A stretch of 64,000 nucleotides of DNA from Planctomycetota bacterium. Its GTDB lineage: Bacteria; Planctomycetota; B15-G4. A program made the translations under genes and the position numbers. The notes under the pieces are model-generated. The model did no database searches, was not told where the DNA came from, and saw only the letters and a list, made by a program, of their open reading frames with translations. Shown piece by piece: positions 58,379 through 64,000 of this stretch; position 1 is the first letter of the stretch, and each line of letters starts with the position of its first letter. Where the stretch lies: assembly GCA_038212275.1 (NCBI GenBank), contig JBBQUR010000018.1, positions 1 to 64,000 on the forward strand. Reading direction: 5' to 3'.

Positions 58379-58945
58379 TCAGGTCGACTCGACCTGCCAG
58401 TATTCCAACTCCACCGGGGTCTCTCGGCCGAAGATCGTGACGATCACCCGCACGAGACCCTTGGCGTCGTTCACTTCGTCGACGACACCGTTGTATGACT
58501 CGAAGGGTCCTTCGTTGATCTTGACCCTGTCGCCGACCTTGAAGTTGATGCGCAGCGCGGGACGCTCGTCCGTCTTGCGCATGCCCACGAGGATGCGATC
58601 GACTTCGTGCGCGTCCATTGCGACCGGCGTGCGATCCGAACCGACAAAGTCGCCGATTCCCGCGGTCTCGCGGATCACGAACCAGACGGCTTCGGGGATC
58701 TTCCCCTCCTCGTCGAGGTGCATCTCCACCATCAGGTAGCCGGGGTACAGCTTGCGCTGGATGACCTTCTTCTTGCCGCCCTTGATCTCGGAGACGGACT
58801 CGGTCGGCACCAGGACGTTGGGAACGAGGCCTTCGAGGCCCTCGTTCTTGAGGCGCTGGACGAGCTTCTCGCGCATGCGGTTCTCGAGATTGCTCGGAAC
58901 CCGCAGGACGAACCAGCGTGACGGCGTGACGGCGTGGCTTTCCAT
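58379..58945 (-). CDS. nusG: Transcription termination/antitermination factor NusG
   Basis: [21 protein letters not shown] and [10 protein letters not shown] motifs. Confidence 0.97.
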   Translation of the reverse strand: MESHAVTPSRWFVLRVPSNLENRMREKLVQRLKNEGLEGLVPNVLVPTESVSEIKGGKKKVIQRKLYPGYLMVEMHLDEEGKIPEAVWFVIRETAGIGDFVGSDRTPVAMDAHEVDRILVGMRKTDERPALRINFKVGDRVKINEGPFESYNGVVDEVNDAKGLVRVIVTIFGRETPVELEYWQVEST

Positions 58946-59388
58946 CAGAACACGTACTTCACCATGACCTCGTTCAGCAACCAGTCCATGCCGGCGAGAA
59001 TGACGGTGAAGAACACCATCACGCCGAGGATCACAAGCGATGACTTCCACGTCTCATCGAAGGTCGGCCAAGTGCACTTGCGCATCTCGGTCTCGCACTC
59101 GATGAGCATGTCCGCGACCTTGGGCTTGTTGTGGAACCACAACAGCACCCAGAGGACGGCGCCGGCCACCAGCAGCGCGATGAGCAGCGCCGGCGTGATC
59201 GGCAGGCCCAGCACGGGCACCGGGCCGCCCGACAGATCGCTCACGAGCATGCCCGGGTTGCTCTCGTCCCCGCGGAACGAGATCAGGTAGTAGTACAGCG
59301 TGTGGCAACCAAACGCCCCGAGCGCCGCCAGCAGCAAGAAGCTGGACGTGCGGGCGTAGGTGCCTTGATCAGCCTTGTACTTCACCAT
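58945..59388 (-). CDS. secE: Preprotein translocase SecE (three-TM type)
   Basis: EMRKCTWPT motif; YKADQG N-terminus; located upstream of nusG. Confidence 0.92.
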   Translation of the reverse strand: MVKYKADQGTYARTSSFLLLAALGAFGCHTLYYYLISFRGDESNPGMLVSDLSGGPVPVLGLPITPALLIALLVAGAVLWVLLWFHNKPKVADMLIECETEMRKCTWPTFDETWKSSLVILGVMVFFTVILAGMDWLLNEVMVKYVF

Positions 59389-59479
59389 CGCGGTCGATCT
59401 GGTTTCGGTGAACGGGACTTGTTGTTCGCGGCTCGTGACCTGCCGGATCGTCGCGCGCGCGAAACGTCCGGTTTCGGTT

Positions 59480-59556
59480 TGGCAGGCCAGGGGGGATTCG
59501 AACCCACAACCCTCGGTTTTGGAGACCGATGCTCTACCAGTTGGAGCTACTGGCCT
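59480..59556 (-). tRNA. tRNA-Trp (CCA)
   Basis: Cloverleaf folded by hand: AGGCCAG...CT-CCA-AA...TTCGAAT...CTGGCCT-G-CCA, 77 nt. Confidence 0.97.
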
Positions 59557-59574
59557 TGCATGCGTGCGGAGTCG

Positions 59575-59739
59575 TTACTTCTTCTTTTCCTTGTGCATGG
59601 TGTGCTTGCGCAACCGGGGGCAGTACTTCATCAACTCCAGCTTCCACTGCGCCTTTGCAGGCTTGCGGAGCGTGTAGTTGCGGTCCCCGGTCTCCGTGCA
59701 CTCGAGGAAGACAACGATGCTGCTTTTGCCCTTGGCCAT
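59575..59739 (-). CDS. rpmG: 50S ribosomal protein L33 (not in the ORF track)
   Basis: Translated by hand: [54 protein letters not shown]. Confidence 0.95.
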   Translation of the reverse strand: MAKGKSSIVVFLECTETGDRNYTLRKPAKAQWKLELMKYCPRLRKHTMHKEKKK

Positions 59740-59745
59740 GACTGA

Positions 59746-60945
<1,200 letters not shown>

Positions 60946-61107
60946 GTGGCCTACTTCTCCTTCAGCCCTGCGCGCACCGGCCGGTGCACGAGGTGTGGTC
61001 TGGACTGTCTGGGTTGAATCTTTCGTGTCCACGACGGCCGTCGGGCCGAAGGGCGCTCAGTAAGTTCGTGCTGATTGTTCGTCGGTACGTCGTGCGTGGC
61101 TGGCCGC

Positions 61108-61182
61108 TGGAGCTGCTGATGGGATTCGAACCCATGACCTCGTCCTTACCAAGGACGTGCTCTACCCCTGAGCCACAGCAGC
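61108..61182 (-). tRNA. tRNA-Thr (GGT)
   Basis: GCTGCTG...TT-GGT-AA...TTCGAAT...CAGCAGC-T-CCA. Confidence 0.97.
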
Positions 61183-61221
61183 CCGTGTGTATCTGTCCTG
61201 ACTCGCGGCTGCCATCACCGC

Positions 61222-61295
61222 TGGAGCGGGTGATGGGAATCGAACCCACGTGACCAGCTTGGAAGGCTGGCGCTCTACCATTGAGCTACACCCGC
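61222..61295 (-). tRNA. tRNA-Gly (TCC)
   Basis: GCGGGTG...CT-TCC-AA...TTCGATT...CACCCGC-T-CCA. Confidence 0.97.
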
Positions 61296-61414
61296 GTGTC
61301 CGGGGCCGTCCGTCGCTCGCTCCGTAGTGTCCGACCTCCTCGTCCTGGCCTGCTGTGCTTTGATGCTGATGTTCGGTCTGCGCGGGTCGCGCGTCGCGCG
61401 CGTTGCCGGCCGTA

Positions 61415-61499
61415 TGGTGGGTGGAGCAGGATTCGAACCTGCGTAGGCGAAGCCAACGGGTTTACAGCCCGTCCCCTTTAGCCACTCGGGCATCCACCC
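61415..61499 (-). tRNA. tRNA-Tyr (GTA)
   Basis: GGGTGGA...CT-GTA-AA, long variable arm, TCCACCC-A-CCA, 85 nt. Confidence 0.97.
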
Positions 61500-61663
61500 C
61501 GGTCTTGGGTGCTCTCAGGGTTGCTGCTGCTGATGATCCGTAGCGTTCGGCTCCTGCTGCACTGCCTGTCCCGGACAGCCTTCACCGCCCTGCGCCTCAT
61601 CGGTTGCGAGTTCTGCGCACCCTCTTGCCAGACTGCAGCTCCGTGTGCCGCATCGCAGCTGCC

Positions 61664-61739
61664 TGGAGCTAGCGATGGGACTCGAACCCACAACCTCCGG
61701 TTTACAAAACCGGAGCTCTGCCAATTGAGCTACGCCAGC
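61664..61739 (-). tRNA. tRNA-Thr (TGT)
   Basis: GCTGGCG...TT-TGT-AA...TTCGAGT...CGCTAGC-T-CCA. Confidence 0.97.
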
Positions 61740-61790
61740 GCTCTCGCTATCCGCGCAGGGAAGGATTTTGACCTTCCGAGAAAAGGGGGG

Positions 61791-61819
61791 ATCGTAGCGA
61801 TGCCCGAGGGGTGCGTCAA
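61791..61819 (-). promoter_or_regulatory. Putative sigma70 promoter of the tRNA-tuf operon
   Basis: TTGACG-N17-TACGAT followed by a C-rich discriminator, about 50 bp upstream of tRNA-Thr. Confidence 0.75.
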
Positions 61820-61827
61820 CCACCGCT

Positions 61828-63033
61828 TCATGGCACTTTCCGGCGATTCGCTGCACTCGTGCTGCGCCGCCGGACGGATCTCCCGAAGCGCCGCGCGATG
61901 AGGCGGCGCTGGCCTCCCAGGGCATGTCGCACTTCGGCCCAGGTGTCGCCACCCGTCTTCTCGAGCAGGGCGTCCAGGACGACCAGTGCAAGCATCGCCT
62001 CTCCCACCACGCTGGCGGCCGGCACCGAGGTGACGTCCGAACGCTCGAAGAAGGCCTGCGCCGGCTCGCCGCGCTGGTAGTCCCACGAGGCGAGCGGTCG
62101 CGCCAGCGTGGGGATCGGTTTCATCCACGCGCGCGCCACCAGCACCTCGCCATTGCTCATGCCCGCTTCCAGGCCACCGGCTCGATTCGAAAGTCGAGTC
62201 GGTCCCGAGGAGCCCGGCCGCCCGACGGCATCGTGAACCCGGCTGCCGCGCCCCGACGCGCCCGCCACTCCGTCGCCGAGTTCGACGGCCTTGATGGCCG
62301 GGATGGACAGCAGCGCCGCACCGAGCCGACTGTCCAGGCGCGAACCGAAGTCCTCCAGCGAGCCCAGCCCTGCCGGCACTCCGAAGGCCAGCACCTCGAA
62401 ACGGCCACCCAGCGTGTCACCTGCGCGCCGCGCCGCCAGCACGGCGTGCTTGAAGCGCCCTTCCAGGGAAGCATCCAGTGTGAAGAAATCCGACGCATCC
62501 CGCCGACGCCGTAGCGCGGGCAGTGCCCTGGCAGCCACGGCGGAGGCACGAGGCTTGCCGACGACGCCTCCCAGCTCCAGCACGTGCGCGAGCGTCTCGA
62601 TGCCGAGCCTTTGAAGAAAGGACGCCGCCAGCGCGCCGGCCGCCACGCGGGCGGCGGTCTCACGCGCCGAGGCGCGCTCCAGCACGGGCCGCATGTCCAG
62701 CAGGCCGTATTTCTGCGCCCCGGCCAGGTCGCCGTGCCCGGGGCGGGGGCGATGCAGGGCGGGCCTTGCGGCCAGCGAGTCGTCGCGATTCCAGACGGCG
62801 AGGAGCAGGGGCGCGCCGGTCGTCCGGCCGCGGTGCACGCCGGCCAGGACATCCACCCGATCGCGCTCGAGTTGCTGACGTGAGGAACGGCCGAATCCAC
62901 CCTGACGGCGGGCCAGCCATCCGTCGATGAAGGGCGCATCGAAGGGCACGCCCGCGGGAAAACCACTCACCCGGGCAAAGATGCCGCGACCGTGCGACTC
63001 GCCCGCCGTCTGGACGGACAGCCGCCTCAGCAC
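61828..63033 (-). CDS. aroC: Chorismate synthase
   Basis: TAGESHG, RPGHGD, ERASARETAARVAAG, SIPAIKAVE, NRAGGLEAG, MKPIPT and ERSD motifs. Confidence 0.95.
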   Translation of the reverse strand: MLRRLSVQTAGESHGRGIFARVSGFPAGVPFDAPFIDGWLARRQGGFGRSSRQQLERDRVDVLAGVHRGRTTGAPLLLAVWNRDDSLAARPALHRPRPGHGDLAGAQKYGLLDMRPVLERASARETAARVAAGALAASFLQRLGIETLAHVLELGGVVGKPRASAVAARALPALRRRRDASDFFTLDASLEGRFKHAVLAARRAGDTLGGRFEVLAFGVPAGLGSLEDFGSRLDSRLGAALLSIPAIKAVELGDGVAGASGRGSRVHDAVGRPGSSGPTRLSNRAGGLEAGMSNGEVLVARAWMKPIPTLARPLASWDYQRGEPAQAFFERSDVTSVPAASVVGEAMLALVVLDALLEKTGGDTWAEVRHALGGQRRLIARRFGRSVRRRSTSAANRRKVP

Positions 63034-63650
63034 GGGGACAGCGGGGCGGCCGAGGTGTGCACGGCCCCCGCCACCGCAGCTGCCGTGTCGTGGCCTGGCC
63101 GTGCCGGGACCTGATGGCGCGCCGGGGCGCCGTGACCGGCCTTCGCTTCGCGCAGGATCGGCGTGCCGGGCCACCCCAGAAAGAGCCATTGCGGAGCAAG
63201 CGCAAGGGTGAGGCAGGGAGCCGCGCTGCATCCGGACGCGCTGCTGGCGTCATCGCTCCGGCTGACCTCGCTGCGAGTGATCGCCGCGAAGAGCGTCTGC
63301 ACATCCGCCAGCAGTCGCTCGAGTTCGAAAGGCTTGCGGAGCACCCCGACGATGCCTGGCTCCGCGAGGATCGCGCGCTCCGTTGGCACATCGAGAAAGG
63401 CGGACATGAGCAGGAAGGGCGCGCTCAGGCCTCGCGACTCGGCTTCGCGCAGCAGCTCGAGTCCCGTCATGCCGGGCATCGTCATGTCGGTGAGCACCAG
63501 AGCGATGCCGCCGCGCTCCATGCGCTGCAATGCCGACGGGCCATCCAGGGCGATGTCCGTGGTCAAACCATCGCGCGTGAGGACGGCGCACACGAGCCGC
63601 GCCACGGAAGGATCATCATCGACCACGAGCACCGATCGATTCGCGCCCAC
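63027..63650 (-). CDS. CheY-like receiver-domain protein with a low-complexity tail
   Basis: VLVVDDD, LTDMTMPGMTG, MSA and LRKPF motifs; AGGAGG RBS before the GTG. Confidence 0.85.
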   Translation of the reverse strand: MGANRSVLVVDDDPSVARLVCAVLTRDGLTTDIALDGPSALQRMERGGIALVLTDMTMPGMTGLELLREAESRGLSAPFLLMSAFLDVPTERAILAEPGIVGVLRKPFELERLLADVQTLFAAITRSEVSRSDDASSASGCSAAPCLTLALAPQWLFLGWPGTPILREAKAGHGAPARHQVPARPGHDTAAAVAGAVHTSAAPLSPC

Positions 63651-63847
63651 TCGCCCTCCTCGCGCACCCGGCGAACTGTCCGGGGCGATCCTTGCATCTG
63701 AACATGCTGCCGCCCGCCAGTCCACCTGCACGGCGTGGCGTCGGCCCCCGCCGCGCTCACCCCCTTGAGGACGTGAAGCCCTCGCCCGGCCCGCCTGCAG
63801 CTGCGGGCTGCTACGATCGCAGGCTCCTTCCTGCACCGGAGTGATCC

Positions 63848-64000
63848 GTGAGATTCGGTACCAAGGCCATCCATGCCGGGCAGCACCCGGATCCGACCAC
63901 CGGCGCGATCATGACGCCGATCTACTGCACTTCGACCTACGTGCAGGAGTACCCCGCCGTCGTGAAGGACGGCTACGACTACAGCCGCGGCAAGAACCCC
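63848..64000 (+). CDS. Cys/Met metabolism PLP-dependent enzyme (cystathionine gamma-synthase/lyase family), 5' part only
   Basis: Translated by hand: [58 protein letters not shown]. Confidence 0.9.
   Translation, partial: MRFGTKAIHAGQHPDPTTGAIMTPIYCTSTYVQEYPAVVKDGYDYSRGKNP

Noticed and set aside
61108..61830. Integrative element or attachment site at the tRNA cluster
   Set aside because: No integrase, no duplicated tRNA 3' end, and the flanks are housekeeping genes

Overview
High-GC bacterial chromosome window, very likely from the Planctomycetota. This is inferred from the lineage-typical EF-Tu switch-I segment (KGGTVR..KTVTI), the Rpo[12 protein letters not shown] segment, S12 RVRDLPG, and a large propeller/HEAT/CxxCH protein next to a DUF1080 protein. 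Almost all genes are on the minus strand. From left to right: (1) a ~580-bp non-coding nested inverted-repeat structure; (2) a coupled dedA / DUF1080 lipoprotein / Tat TIM-barrel / heme-c dehydrogenase-like gene run; (3) a class II ribonucleotide reductase split into nrdJa and nrdJb, with an NrdR-like box; (4) a compact dcw cluster (mraZ-rsmH-ftsL-ftsI-murE-murF-mraY-ftsW-LysM-murG-murC-murB) with no murD, ddl, ftsQ, ftsA or ftsZ; (5) a Cys-motif hypothetical gene divergent from dnaE; (6) the tRNA-tuf-secE-nusG-rplKAJL-rpoBC-str-S10-spc-alpha super-cluster, ending in an unknown lipoprotein; (7) aroC, a receiver-domain protein and the start of a Cys/Met PLP enzyme. I saw no CRISPR array, prophage, transposase, intein or defence system. 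Most of the window is housekeeping. The best candidates for something undescribed are the exported glycoside-oxidation-like gene run, the ftsZ-less dcw cluster with an inserted LysM gene, the palindromic element, and several divergent translation/transcription components. All calls come from reading motifs by eye; no database searches were run.
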